Shown here piece after piece: positions 34,928 through 48,415 of a DNA stretch of 64,000 nt (the stretch's first letter is position 1; every line of letters starts with the position of its first letter). The position numbers and the translations under genes are program-made. This DNA is from Macrostomum lignano (Eukaryota). The notes under the pieces are model-generated. The model was not told the origin of the DNA. It saw only the letters and a list, made by a program, of their open reading frames with translations, and searched no databases. The DNA is taken from positions 101,109 through 165,108 of the forward strand of contig NIVC01002522.1 of NCBI GenBank assembly GCA_002269645.1. Direction: 5' to 3'.

Positions 34928-35505
34928 GACCCGTCTGTCTTCCCCTCAAGCCTCCCGCATCATCATTTCTTCCCAATTTGACTGCCCGGTAAAGCGGATT
35001 CGTGCAAAAAATTGAGCTGGAGAGGCAGACAGTAGTAGAGGGAACTGCAGAAGCCGCCAAATCAGCTTTGAATGCTTATTTTAAGATGGCCGCGGTGCAA
35101 GACGCTGCAAGACAGCCAGTGGATTAGCGAGTTCGCATTTGGAAAGTATGAGTAGTCCAATTTGAACTGTCCGAGTCTGAGTTGAACCGTGCATACTACC
35201 TATGAAATAGTTTTTACTGTTTTTTTAGTATTTTTTAGTCTTTTGAGTTTTATTGTATACACTGCATCTGCAGCTTCTTTTCAAATTAGCTAACTAGCAC
35301 ACTTAGACCCTTTGACCTATTTTCTGTTAGAGTTAAATGCTTCAGGCTGGGGCAGGTACACTTCCACATTTCTGAAAAATGCACACTTAGGACCTTGCAA
35401 ATTTGAACCCCTTGACCTGATTTCTTTGAATCTGTAATATGGGCTTACTCTCATCTATTTCCTTTTTATAATTAACTTTCAAAACTACACACTAGAAAGT
35501 AATCA

Positions 35506-36028
<523 letters not shown>

Positions 36029-37425
36029 AGCACTGCAGATGACGCAAGGTAGGTTTTCCAACTCTTGCTCAGGCACACTGGGTCTGAAATTGCGGTTTTC
36101 GCTCAATGTTGCTGCTTTAAATATAAAAGGAGTTCGCGCGTATCCTTCACAAACCGCTGACACCGCTATCGATTGAATTGTGCGTTCAACTTTTGAGACA
36201 AGTTGCATGCATATTTGCAATGTCCGTTAAGAACTGTAGTTATTGCATTTGTTCTGAATTTTTGTCTCTAAAACTAACGCTCAAAAAAAAATTTCCGTGC
36301 CTTGTTTAGACATTATTTGCATGTCTACCGAAGAGGACTTCCGGCCAAGAATATTTGGATCACTGCTCAGATTTGATTGTTTCTTTAGACTTGACATTCG
36401 TCTCAGATTTTGTTTTAAATTCATTTGACATGTAGACAGTTTTAGCTTGTCTTCTTCCATGCGTTTGTTTCCTGATTGAACCGCGCAATCAACTTTCACT
36501 GCTCCAAAATTAGGAAAATGCCCTAAAAATCTCTGAATTATAGCATCAGCAGCGAACAATGTCCCGAAAACAGTGACAACACAAGAAAAAAGCTAGCAGG
36601 CGGTTGAAAAATGTCTAAGTGGATGATGTAGCTGGGACGGCGCAACAAGACGAACAAGGCCGGCGCAGCGATACAGAGACGCGTTGGTGACTCGCCGAAA
36701 GTCAAAGCGGTGAGGTTAGGCTCGATACCATTGATAGCCTAGCGTCACCTCTCCGCGAAATTGAGAGAGTTTGAAGCGCAAACAATTGCATTCTCAAATG
36801 GTAGCAAATTTTTCAATGTTGCTGAATATGTTTGAGCTCAGAAGTCTTTTTTAACAGCCTCTGCTAAATAGCTAGAAAGCAAGTGAATTTGGAAGGCGGG
36901 ATTCGATATTGTTTTTAGCAAAAGTAGAAGTCCCGAGCACTTTCGCCAGAGCACTAACGAGCTGTAATCAGCCCACCTGGCACATATCTGTCAAACAATA
37001 TTATATTTGAAATTGGTGGTGGGTTTAATTATTTTAATACAAAGAGGGACATATTTTAAGACACTCGTAAGTAAACAGTTACGTTTTACATAAGTAAAAG
37101 TACGTTAAGTCAAATTAAAAAAATTTAGTAGCATTTGATCTTTAAAGAAACTTTGGAGAACGGATTCAAAATCAATCTGACCGCATCGTCCGTAAAAGAT
37201 GTCTATTGGTTGTAGGTAAATGTTTTACCTTGCTAGTATTTTTGCAAGTCATAAAAATGGTTGTTATAATCGTGGAATATGAGTTGATAGAAATTGAGTT
37301 ATGACAAAGTATACAACATCTCCTCAACAGTTTACTTGCAAAAGTAGTTTAGTTGGATTTTTTCATATAGTTTTTATATTAAAAACAGACAGCTCAGCAT
37401 GTAACAGGGGAAGGGGGAGGGGGAT

Positions 37426-40400
37426 TTATTCAAAAATTTCCACTGATCGGCCGGTGGTCTGGTCGCCGGCAGTTCCGCCGCCTCTAGGGTAGTTTGTCAT
37501 CCAGGATGTCAGTCGCTCCTTCACGTTCATGTGGCCTCCGAGAATGTCGGCGGGAGTGGACTGCAGCTTCACGGACGTGTTGCAGAACACCTGTGCAGAA
37601 GGATGGTTTTGGAGTTGAAACAGTTATTAGCATGAAGATGCAGCATGAAGCACCGCGAGCAAGCAGCGGTCACTATGAAGTTCGGCGAAGTCATTGGCTC
37701 TGAACTCAATGAGAATAACAATAAGATACACCCAGGTACAACGCTTTAGGCTTTATCGACCCATAAACCAGCGCTGACTGCTGAGCACATACAAGCGCTC
37801 CAATACTGTACGCAGGCACGAACTCACGCAGGGTGTACAGCAGCCCTGACTTTCCAATCGTCAGGCATGTACACTCTCTGTGCCTCGGGGGTTGGGCCTC
37901 ATGACTGTGAATCGCACTTACGATCGCACCACAATTACGTGCACACAAGCCCCAAATTAATCTTGAGAGGGGGGTGAAAATAATCCAAATCTATCCAGAG
38001 GGAATCGTAAATCAAATAAGTAATTAAAAATTCAGATGTTTTAACACTAGGAATGCTAAGTTTGGGCTTAAAAACTTATCACTTTCCATCTCGCTATTAA
38101 ATTCTGTAGCAAAAATCGCACGATTGTCACGACCTTCTACTTTGTTGTCGATGGTTATTCTATTAAGTTCACGGTTTAAGTTTTAACGGCTACACTGCTA
38201 TGCCTTCCAACTTACCGTAGCCTGCAGATTGACCAGTTCGGTGCTGTGGAAGGCTGCCCCGTCCTGCTGTAGCGGCACAATGCGAGACGCTTCAATCGAT
38301 GCTAGCTGGCGTGTTTTTGCCTCGCGCAGCTTTGAGTAGTCCGAGGTTCGCGCTACAAAATCGCTGAAGTCATTAATCGCCTTCTCCTTCTGGCGGTGGT
38401 CCTCGCGAAGCTCCGAGTACAGCGCCTGCTCTTCCGAGACTTCCTGATCCCGCTTGGCGTCCATGAGCTCCGACTGGGTCTTGGCAACCAGAAGTGTCTC
38501 CTGCTCCGTGCACTTGTTGATCCAGTCCAGTGCCTCCCGGTCTGGCGTGACAGGCCGCACCTGCTCCAGCTCCAGCTCCCGCTGCACCTCGTCCCACACC
38601 TCGCCAAGCTTGTAGTCCAGGTAGCGCTCGATCAGCGTCAGAGTCACGTGATCTTCAGCATTGATGCCCGGCAGGTCGACAAAGCCGATCCGGTAGAACA
38701 GAGCATAGATCTTGGCGCGCACGTTCTCGGCGACTTCAACGATCGATCGGCTCGGCCAGTTGGCCGGCTGCGGCGTCACCGCCTGCTTGCGCTGGGCGTC
38801 GCCCATCAGTGGAGACAGCAGGTCACCGATGGAGCCGTCTGGCCGGCGCGGACAACCAATGCTGGCTTCGGTGTCGCGCCACAACGCGCAGAACAGATGC
38901 GGAGCCGTCACCTCGCGGCCGCCTTTCCAGGTCTTCAAGTGCGGCAGAGTTTTCTCGTTCTCGCTGAGATCGAGAAGCACGCCAAGAATGAGGCTGTGCA
39001 AATCCGACGGGCAACGTTCCAGCAAGTCCAGTAGCAGATACACACCCTCTCGTTCAAGGAAGCAGTCCTCCGTGGTGTAAGAGCCGACCACGCAGCACCA
39101 TACAGCGTCGATGGCACCAATAACGAGCTGGTAGTGACCAAGACCAGAGCTCAGAAGCCCCGGGTCCGTGCGCAGGAACTGCACTAGCGTAGCTACACCA
39201 GACGGGCCGAACAGGTCTTTATTGTGCAGACTGTTCTCGCAGAGACCGCTGAGGATGCCCAGCATCTCGCGCTTCATCTCCAAGTCGATGGTGTCGTCGT
39301 CATTCACTGCGGCTGTTGCAGCTTGTCCGGTTCGGTTCCCGGCCGACACAGAAGAGGCCAGAATCTCGCTTAGGGCACCGATAGCATCTTGGTCAACAAA
39401 GTCGGCCAGGATGTCCGGGTTGTTGGTGGTCACCATCGCCGAGATCGCTCGCAAGGTGCGCCGCATCTGGGCCCGCTTGCTGCCGCGGCCACCTGCGCCG
39501 TGGAAGGCGTTGCCATAGCCGAGATAGTCGTCGCTGGCCTCCGTGCACCAGAAGAGCAATTCCAGGAGCCGGTTGCAGCCGTTGCAGCTGACGAAGTCAG
39601 CTTGCATCTTCGGTCCCACGGTAGCAAGGGCGGACAAAGCCAGCAGCTGCAACTCCTCAACGTAGGCCGGCGGCAGCTCTCTCGGTTTGCTTTTTGGCTC
39701 ATTCGGCTTCACATAGGAGAGCAGAGCCAGCATGAAGTGGCCTTCAGACAGAACAGGCAGGGCACAGGGATCGCTGGATAGGCTGACGAGCGTGCTTATG
39801 AGCAGCTTCTTGAGTTCAAAATCCTCGTGGTTCTTCGACAGTTTCAGATTCCTGACCAGTGGACTGTGACTCTTGACCTCCTCGAAGGTTGCGAACAGAG
39901 TCAACTGCTTGAGAAAGCCGACCTCGATGAACGGCGCCCGACAGTCGGTAGCGGCCAGGAGTTGCACCAACACCAGAACGTCGTTCCTTAACTGACGGTC
40001 GAACACGGAAAATGTCCTTGGCAGCAGATAGACAAAAGCCTCGCGCAGTTGAGCGACGCACTCCTGACAGGCAAGCTGCTTGGCAACTTGCTCAGAATCG
40101 CCATGCTGCATCAGGTTCCAGAGGATCTCAACCGAGCGGAACAGCAGTTCACCGGACGGATCCGGGTCTGTCATACGGCTGCACAGAGTGTAGGCGGCGT
40201 TGACGCTGAGCATCTGGATGCAGCAGCGGCTAGAGTTACCCGACAGCTTCTGTAGCAAACTGATGACCGCCAGGCGAACTGTCAGGTCTTTGTCCAAAAG
40301 CTTAAGGGTTCGAACCAGCGTCTCAGAAATGTCGCTCTCCTCACAGATGGCCTGGTTGTATCTGGGCAGTGAGAAAGAATAGGAACGGATATATAAACTA

Positions 40401-41049
40401 TTACTTACGCTCGTACAATCATACTAGTAGCCATACCGCTCAATAAAGCTACTCACTTTCTCCCAGCTGGTTTGTGATCCCTGACGTATTGTGGCGGCGG
40501 CTCGCCGTCGTAGATCTGCGCCAGCGTCCGACAGATCTGCAGTCGGACTCGGCTGACGTCGACGCGCATGAGAAAAGCGAGCTGAGATGCCGTCTCTACG
40601 CTGATCTGACGGTAAGCGAGCTCGTCTGATGCCTTCTCCATGAGGAAGGGCAGCGCGCAGACGCACAGACAGTCAACCAGGGGCTCCACGTAGCAGACCA
40701 GACCCTCCTCGATGCGATCTGCGCAGATGTTAAGAATTCGTCGCACCTGCACAAGGTCCTTCATAAGGAAGCCCTGCTTGTAGTGGCGCAGAAGACGTTC
40801 AATTGCCATCACGTGCCGGTCATACAGACCTGCGTAGTGAGGATCCGTGAGCACCTTGAGCACGCGTTCCAGGTCAACTGTTTGCAGCTTCTCACCGACA
40901 ACATTGCCAATGTCCTCGTCACTGATGATGTGCGTAACTATGGGGATTTTCTGATTCTCCAGCTTCTGTGAGATTTCAGTCAGAGAAAGGCCACCAGAAG
41001 GCAGAGACGATGACCCTCCACCAGCGAAGGCTTGGGTCTTTGTTGCCAT
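37426..41049 (-). CDS. CFAP69: Cilia- and flagella-associated protein 69, 3 exons, about 967 aa
   Basis: Exons 41049-40457 (phase 2), 40361-38216 (phase 0), 37590-37426. Motifs DPDPSGELLFRS, DRQLRNDVLV, EDFELKKLL, GNAFHGAGGRG, ENVRAKIY, RYLDYKLGEVW, LRPVT-type VRPVTPD and last-exon STPADILGG match recalled CFAP69. Confidence 0.95.
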
Positions 41050-43440
41050 ATCAGGAACAGTCAAAGCATTAAAAAATATTAGTTTGTCTGTATTTTTAGG
41101 AACTGCATTTTAGTGAGCAAAAATAACATGTTTAGATATTTATTGGTAATATACATGTTGCATAAGACCTAAAGCTCTTAAAAAGTTAATTATATATACA
41201 TACTTTTTAATACATAGTTATTTTTATTACATGGTCACTGTATGCCAGGGAACTATTGTATAAAATGAAGCTTCTCTGTTTAACAAAGTCTTTTTAATTA
41301 TGCATATTTATTTTGATAAATGGATGCTTTGTATAGATGGACTTCTAACTATAAATAAAGTATTTTAATCTGAATGAGAATCTTTATCTGAATAAAAATA
41401 AGCTCAAAATTTTATAAACACTAATTGTTTATTTATGTTAAGAACAAATATAAAAATGTTCATTAAGTAAACATTGTTGTGGAATGAATCATAAATAAAA
41501 TAAATATATTTCTTTATCTCGTAACGAGCTATAAATAAAAATAATACTGCAGTGCATATTTCTGCTTTGAACATCTCCGGCTTCTTATTTATTGCTAAAT
41601 ATTTCAATGCGTTGCTTGACTCGTTCTAGTATGAATCATTGTGTTAGCAACACAATAAATTTATATTCATTTGGTGCTATTTCAGTTTTTTATCTTTATG
41701 AACACTAAACAAACAGCATTTCAACACTGTGTTTAGATAAATATAAAGTAGTTTCTTTCAATCCATAGAATACGGAAAAAATATCCAAGTAACAATTACT
41801 ACTACTGCACAAGCTGTTTAAACTAACTGTTCGATATATTTAATCCAACAGAATAAAATCGGGTTTTAAGCTATAATTAGAAATAACTAGACATAAAACA
41901 ACGTATTGGAGTGAGACTAAAAGATTACAATATCAACAAACAAGCTTAGAAAGAGCATCTTGAAGCTAAAGTAGTTTTACTGTTTTATAAAAAGACAGTA
42001 TTTTACAAGTTAAATTTTTGTTTAGCGACAGATAGTATTAAAAACCGATTTAACAGAAAAGTGTAAAAATGCAAATTTTTCATTTTTCGTAGCTAAAAAA
42101 GTTGATATGTTTTGTATTTTTTTCCACTTTCAATCGTTCCTACTTTTGCCTAATAGTTTTGTTATAATGTTACTAACTTTTTAAAATTGATCATGCTTAG
42201 GGCCAAGTGCGAACTCTCAGCTACAGTAGAAAGGGAGTGAATCCTACATATACTAAAAATGATTTGTCTCTCATTCAGGTAGGTATGTGTATGATCTGCA
42301 GCCTCACTGATTCTGTCCTGGAATGAAAAAGGCACATATGAAAGCCAAATTTACTGGGGGTATTGTACTTTATTCGATGCGTTTGTTCTTTTGCAATTTG
42401 TCTTAATGACGACGAAAACCTTCGTAGAGTACATTTATTCGTTTTATAGATTTAAATAAAATCTAAATGCATCAAATAAGTAGCTTTATTGTACTATTGA
42501 GTTAACTTCATAAAACCTGAATGATTCGTAGCGTTTGTCTCACAACCATTAAACGATACATCATGATGCACGTTAAATCAAGCGCTTCGGTTTAATTTCG
42601 AAAGCTCCTCAGCTTAAAAAGTATGGTTTAAGCCTAAGACAATGAGTGGTTTATTGTAGATCTGTTACAATGAACTGCGGCACTAGGATGAGATTTCGCC
42701 TAATGCAGTAGTTTCTAATCGAATTGATATATCCAACGAGAGCCTTACCAATTTATTTATGCCGAATGAACTTTGAATTAAAAATTCTGAAATTAGTCAG
42801 ATTATATTCAATTTTCGAGCTGCTACACATTTGTTAAGCATTTCTGGGCGGTTTGCCTGTTGTAGATGGGGCCTGCTATTGCATCACTACCGCACGTTAA
42901 ACTACAATATGTAATCATCACTGAGTTTTCTGACCTCCCATTCCTGTCGCATATTGAGCCCCAATATGCAGCATGATCTTAATAGGGACTTATAGATATA
43001 ACATGTAGTGTCAATAGTAGCTGCCGTAGAGTATAGTATAGCATGAGAAATATGTCACAGCTTGCAGAACAGCGTGAATACTGGCGGGCGTCAAACTTCA
43101 GGGTTTGGTTACCGGGGGGGGGGGGCAGATCTGAAGCTGCATGTATTTGTAGAGAAACCAGTAGCGATTTGTTTTAACTAGTGAACTAGTGTCAAAATTT
43201 CTAATGTCTCGAAATATCACCCTCATCGAGACCTGACATGTACAGGTTTTACCATAGACAAATTCGGTGGAAAAATCCTTTTTCTTGAGAGTATATTAAA
43301 TGCACTAGCAATATGACAAATTTTTTCGATTTAGGTTTGTCAAGGAGCCGCAAGGAGGCCCTCCTTACCGGCCTCCAGCTCAATTCTAAGAAAATCAAGT
43401 GCAGCGTCCTACTTCTTACAGGCGGAAAGGTTCGTTCTCG

Positions 43441-43497
43441 ACACTAAGTCACTAAGAAAGACACTAATGAGACAGACAGACAGACAGACAAACAGTC

Positions 43498-43554
<57 letters not shown>

Positions 43555-45721
43555 CTAAGACAGTAAGACAGACAGACACTAAGACAGTAAGACAGGCAGA
43601 CACTAAGACAGTAAGACAGACAGACACTAAGACAGTAAGACAGACAGACACTAAGACAGTAAGACAGACAGACACTAAGACAGTAAGACAGGCAGACACT
43701 AAGACAGTAAGACAGACAGACACTAAGACAGTAAGACAGGCAGACACTAAGACAGTAAGACAGACAGACACTAAGACAGTAAGACAGACAGACACTAAGA
43801 CAGTAAGACAGACAGACACTAAGACAGTAAGACAGACAGACACTAAGACAGTAAGACAGACAGACACTAAGACAGTAAGACAGACAGACACTAAGACAGT
43901 AAGACAGACAGACACTAAGACAGTAAGACAGACAGACACTAAGACAGTAAGACAGGCAGACACCAAGACAGTAAGACAGACAGACACTAAGACAGTAAGA
44001 CAGGCAGACACCAAGACAGTAAGACAGACAGACACTAAGACAGTAAGACAGACAGACACCAAGACAGTAAGACAGGCAGACACTAAGACAGTAAGACAGA
44101 CAGACACTAAGACAGTAAGACAGACAGACACTAAGACAGTAAGACAGGCAGACACCAAGACAGTAAGACAGACAGACACTAAGACAGTAAGACAGACAGA
44201 CACTAAGACAGTAAGACAGACAGACACTAAGACAGTAAGACAGACAGACACTAAGACAGTAAGACAGGCAGACACTAAGACAGTAAGACAGACAGACACC
44301 AAGACAGTAAGACAGACAGACACTAAGACAGTAAGACAGACAGACACCAAGACAGTAAGACAGGCAGACACTAAGACAGTAAGACAGACAGACACTAAGA
44401 CAGTAAGACAGACAGACACTAAGACAGTAAGACAGGCAGACACCAAGACAGTAAGACAGACAGACACTAAGACAGTAAGACAGACAGACACTAAGACAGT
44501 AAGACAGACAGACACTAAGACAGTAAGACAGACAGACACTAAGACAGTAAGACAGGCAGACACTAAGACAGTAAGACAGACAGACACTAAGACAGTAAGA
44601 CAGACAGACACTAAGACAGTAAGACAGACAGACACTAAGACAGTAAGACAGACAGACACTAAGACAGTAAGACAGGCAGACACTAAGACAGTAAGACAGA
44701 CAGACACTAAGACAGTAAGACAGACAGACACTAAGACAGTAAGACAGACAGACACTAAGACAGTAAGACAGACAGACACTAAGACAGTAAGACAGACAGA
44801 CACTAAGACAGTAAGACAGGCAGACACTAAGACAGTAAGACAGACAGACACTAAGACAGTAAGACAGACAGACACTAAGACAGTAAGACAGGCAGACACC
44901 AAGACAGTAAGACAGACAGACACTAAGACAGTAAGACAGACAGACACTAAGACAGTAAGACAGGCAGACACTAAGACAGTAAGACAGACAGACACTAAGA
45001 CAGTAAGACAGACAGACACTAAGACAGTAAGACAGACAGACACTAAGACAGTAAGACAGGCAGACACTAAGACAGTAAGACAGACAGACACTAAGACAGT
45101 AAGACAGGCAGACACTAAGACAGTAAGACAGACAGACACTAAGACAGTAAGACAGACAGACACTAAGACAGTAAGACAGACAGACACTAAGACAGTAAGA
45201 CAGACAGACACTAAGACAGTAAGACAGACAGACACTAAGACAGTAAGACAGACAGACACCAAGACAGTAAGACAGGCAGACACTAAGACAGTAAGACAGA
45301 CAGACACTAAGACAGTAAGACAGACAGACACTAAGACAGTAAGACAGGCAGACACCAAGACAGTAAGACAGACAGACACTAAGACAGTAAGACAGACAGA
45401 CACTAAGACAGTAAGACAGACAGACACTAAGACAGTAAGACAGACAGACACTAAGACAGTAAGACAGACAGACACTAAGACAGTAAGACAGACAGACACT
45501 AAGACAGTAAGACAGACAGACACTAAGACAGTAAGACAGGCAGACACTAAGACAGTAAGACAGGCAGACACTAAGACAGTAAGACAGACAGACACTAAGA
45601 CAGTAAGACAGACAGACACAAAGACAGTAAGACAGGCAGACACTAAGACAGTAAGACAGACAGACACTAAGACAGTAAGACAGACAGACACTAAGACAGT
45701 AAGACAGGCAGACACTAAGAC
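43441..45721. repeat. 24-bp higher-order repeat derived from GACA, about 90 copies, preceded by pure (GACA)n
   Basis: Unit GACA-GTAA-GACA-GACA-GACA-CTAA with recurrent GGCA and CCAA variants. Confidence 0.98.
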
Positions 45722-46427
45722 GGACACGCAGACACTGGGCCTTGAATAATTGAAAAAAACTCTTCAAATTACACTGCAAGTAGTCCTTGGACATCCGCAT
45801 GCATTAAGATTTAATTGTCTGGCAATCAGTTGGGACGAAAAATATTAGAATTTTCTAGGAGAAGCGGAGGAAAGCAACCGATTAACCAATCCAAATGTGA
45901 CGAAGCAGCCTCGGGGAAGAATAAGTTTTTCGAGCAGGACAAAAATAGCCGCTTGAGCTTGGGTGCCGCAACGATTTGCTGAGGTGGAGCGGTTTATCTC
46001 CAGAGAAAAATGCTTTTCTGCTAGACACGGTGGGACAGAAGCCAGCTCAAAGGCGCGCAGTAAACTGGTGCCTACTTGGCAAGCAATTTCCCCAATTTGT
46101 CGGAATTCTTTCAATACGTCGCTCAGAAAATTGTTTTTCTGACGACCAAACTCGCTGCAGCTGTTGAAAGGCAGAAAAACAAAAAAGCTTTTTCAGTTTT
46201 ATGTTAAAGAAAAATGAATAGCCGATTCCAGACTTGAACAGCTGCTGCAGTCTCTAAGTGCCCAAAATTCTGCCGAACCGAAAGAAAAATAGATGAAAAA
46301 CACTTACGAGTATTGCATGCAAGACTGGGCGAGTTCTAACGTTGCTTTACTTCTCGGGCATACTAGACCGACCACATTGATGTCAATCAATCAAGTGGTT
46401 CGTTTAGGGTAGCAGTGACTCATCTTG

Positions 46428-47150
46428 ATTGGCGCCCCAATCTCCTTGGTTGGCGCCCCAATCTCCTTGGTTGGCGCCCCAATCTCCTTGGTTGGCGCCC
46501 CAATCTCCTTGGTTGGCGCCCCAATCTCCTTGGTTGGCGCCCCAATCTCCTTGGTTGGCGCCCCAATCTCCTTGGTTGGCGCCCCAATCTCCTTGGTTGG
46601 CGCCCCAATCTCCTTGGTTGGCGCCCCAATCTCCTTGGTTGGCGCCACAATCTCCTTGGTTGGCGCCCCAATCTCCTTGGTTGGCGCCCCAATCTCCTTG
46701 GTTGGCGCCACAATCTCCTTGGTTGGCGCCCCAATCTCCTTGGTTGGCGCCACAATCTCCTTGGTTGGCGCCACAATCTCCTTGGTTGGCGCCCCAATCT
46801 CCTTGGTTGGCGCCCCAATCTCCTTGGTTGGCGCCACAATCTCCTTGGTTGGCGCCCCAATCTCCTTGGTTGGCGCCCCAATCTCCTTGGTTGGCGCCCC
46901 AATCTCCTTGGTTGGCGCCCCAATCTCCTTGGTTGGCGCCACAATCTCCTTGGTTGGCGCCCCAATCTCCTTGGTTGGCGCCCCAATCTCCTTGGTTGGC
47001 GCCACAATCTCCTTGGTTTGCGCCCCAATCTCCTTGGTTGGCGCCCCAATCTCCTTGGTTGGCGCCCCAATCTCCTTGGTTGGCGCCCCAATCTCCTTGG
47101 TTGGCGCCCCAATCTCCTTGGTTGGCGCCCCAATCTCCTTGGTGGGCACC
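46428..47150. repeat. 21-bp minisatellite, about 34 copies
   Basis: Unit TTGGTTGGCGCCCCAATCTCC; stop-free in all six frames. Confidence 0.98.
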
Positions 47151-47266
47151 CCTGTCTCTTGTTGGGCACAAAGCTGGGCACATCTCACTAGAAACCTTGT
47201 ATAACCTCAGCCAAACTTGACCACCAGAAAGCACCGATGTGATTAAATTCTTCAAAAACTCTTAAG

Positions 47267-47888
47267 CAAACTCCGGCCTGAGGGTCACATGCGGCCCGCA
47301 AAGATTATCTATCCGGCCCTCGGGTCCTTTGAAATTTCACAATAGCAATCCGGCCCGCTCAGGGTTTGTGTCTTCTCTTCTCACTTTTCCTCTCCCTTCA
47401 TCTCTCCTCTCCTCTCTCCTCTCTTATCTCATCTCCTCTCTTATCTCCTCTCCTCTCTTATCTTCTCTCTCATCGCATTTTTCACCTCTCCTCCCACCCT
47501 TCATCTCTCCTCTCATCTCTTCTTTCCTCTCTCCTCTCCTCTCTCCTCTCATCTCTTCTTTCCTCTCTCCTCTCCTCTCTCCTCTCCTCTCTCCTGTCCT
47601 CTCTCCTCTCCTCTCTCTCCTCTCTCATCTCATCCCTCTCTTCTCTTCTCTTATCTCTCTCCTCTCTTTTCTCTCCTCTCCTCTCCATCCTATCCTTTCC
47701 TCTGGCCTCTCATCTCTTTCCTCTCCTCTCCTCTTTTATCTCTTTTTATTTTCGCTCTCATCTCTTCTCATCTCTTATATCCTCTCTCCTCTTCTCTCCT
47801 ATTCCCTCTTCCTATCCGGCCCACAGCAATGATCTAGCTCGTAGATTCTCTATCTGGTCTCTGAGGTGAAAAATTTTGCCGACCCCTG
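47267..47888. mobile_element. hAT/Charlie-like non-autonomous element with internal TC-rich tract
   Basis: Right TIR TTTGCCGACCCCTG; internal GCAAACTCCGGCC...CCGGCCCGCTCA shared with 61199-61350; (TC)-rich stretch 47375-47815; left TIR lost. Confidence 0.72.
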
Positions 47889-48333
47889 CCTTAAAATTAA
47901 ATCAACAGTCTTACAAGCTTGAGTGTGAGTCAAAATATATAATATATAAAATATAAAATATGAGTCAAAATAGTACTCTGCAGTGTAGATTGCAAACAAC
48001 AAACAACAACAGCAAACATCAAAACAGAGATAGAAGTTTGGTCTACTCAATCGGACAGTTTTTCGAGTCGGCCAGCCTCGGTGGCACAATTGAGCAGCAG
48101 GAAACGTTTCTCTGATTTTGTTGATTCTCAATCGCCGTATTTTCTGCATCTGCAGCAAGAGAATTGCCGCCTGTAAGCCAATTTTGTCCATAATTGAGCT
48201 TCATCGAGAGCAAATTAACAAAATGATTGCAGCTGGAAAATTTAGCACTCTTCTTCATCCTCGTGCTTCCCACCCCCCTACTAATTAAGCAATTTAGCGC
48301 CAGCTGGTGCCAAGCTTGTCTGGCTGTCGAGTC

Positions 48334-48339
48334 TATAAA
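48334..48339 (+). promoter_or_regulatory. TATA box of the secreted-peptide gene
   Basis: GTCTATAAAAGCCG about 80 nt upstream of the ATG at 48416, with CAGTCAG about 25 nt downstream. Confidence 0.6.
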
Positions 48340-48415
48340 AGCCGGCTTCGAGCGGCACAGTCAGAACCGCAACCAGAGCTGACTGCAGAAACCGTTTGGA
48401 AAACAGAAGAAGAGC

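Noticed and set aside
35083-35155. Plus-strand first exon with YY1-like AAGATGGCCGC and a GTATGA donor, divergent from Amt 1A
   Set aside because: The ORF stops after 13 codons and no downstream plus-strand exon was found; the motif alone is insufficient.
36030-36560. ORF fragments next to the GACA array as a gene or transposase (also 45845-46170)
   Set aside because: No recognisable motifs and no consistent splice structure.
42640-43000. Possible decayed MULE transposase (minus-strand PQFIVTD-like stretch)
   Set aside because: One weak motif among several stops; cannot be supported without a profile search.
43339-43440. Possible reverse-transcriptase fragment (GLQLNSKKIKC)
   Set aside because: Only about 30 codons and one loosely matching motif.
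43464-45800. ORFs of 740-780 aa in three frames
   Set aside because: Products of the stop-free 24-bp satellite; no non-repetitive coding flanks or splice context.
46391-47255. ORFs open in all six frames (GANQGDW, APQSPWL and others), resembling antifreeze or structural repeat proteins
   Set aside because: A 21-bp unit with no stop codon in any frame gives this automatically; no frame is favoured.
47329-47869. Leu/Ser-rich membrane-protein-like ORFs
   Set aside because: Translation of a TC-rich low-complexity tract inside a MITE.
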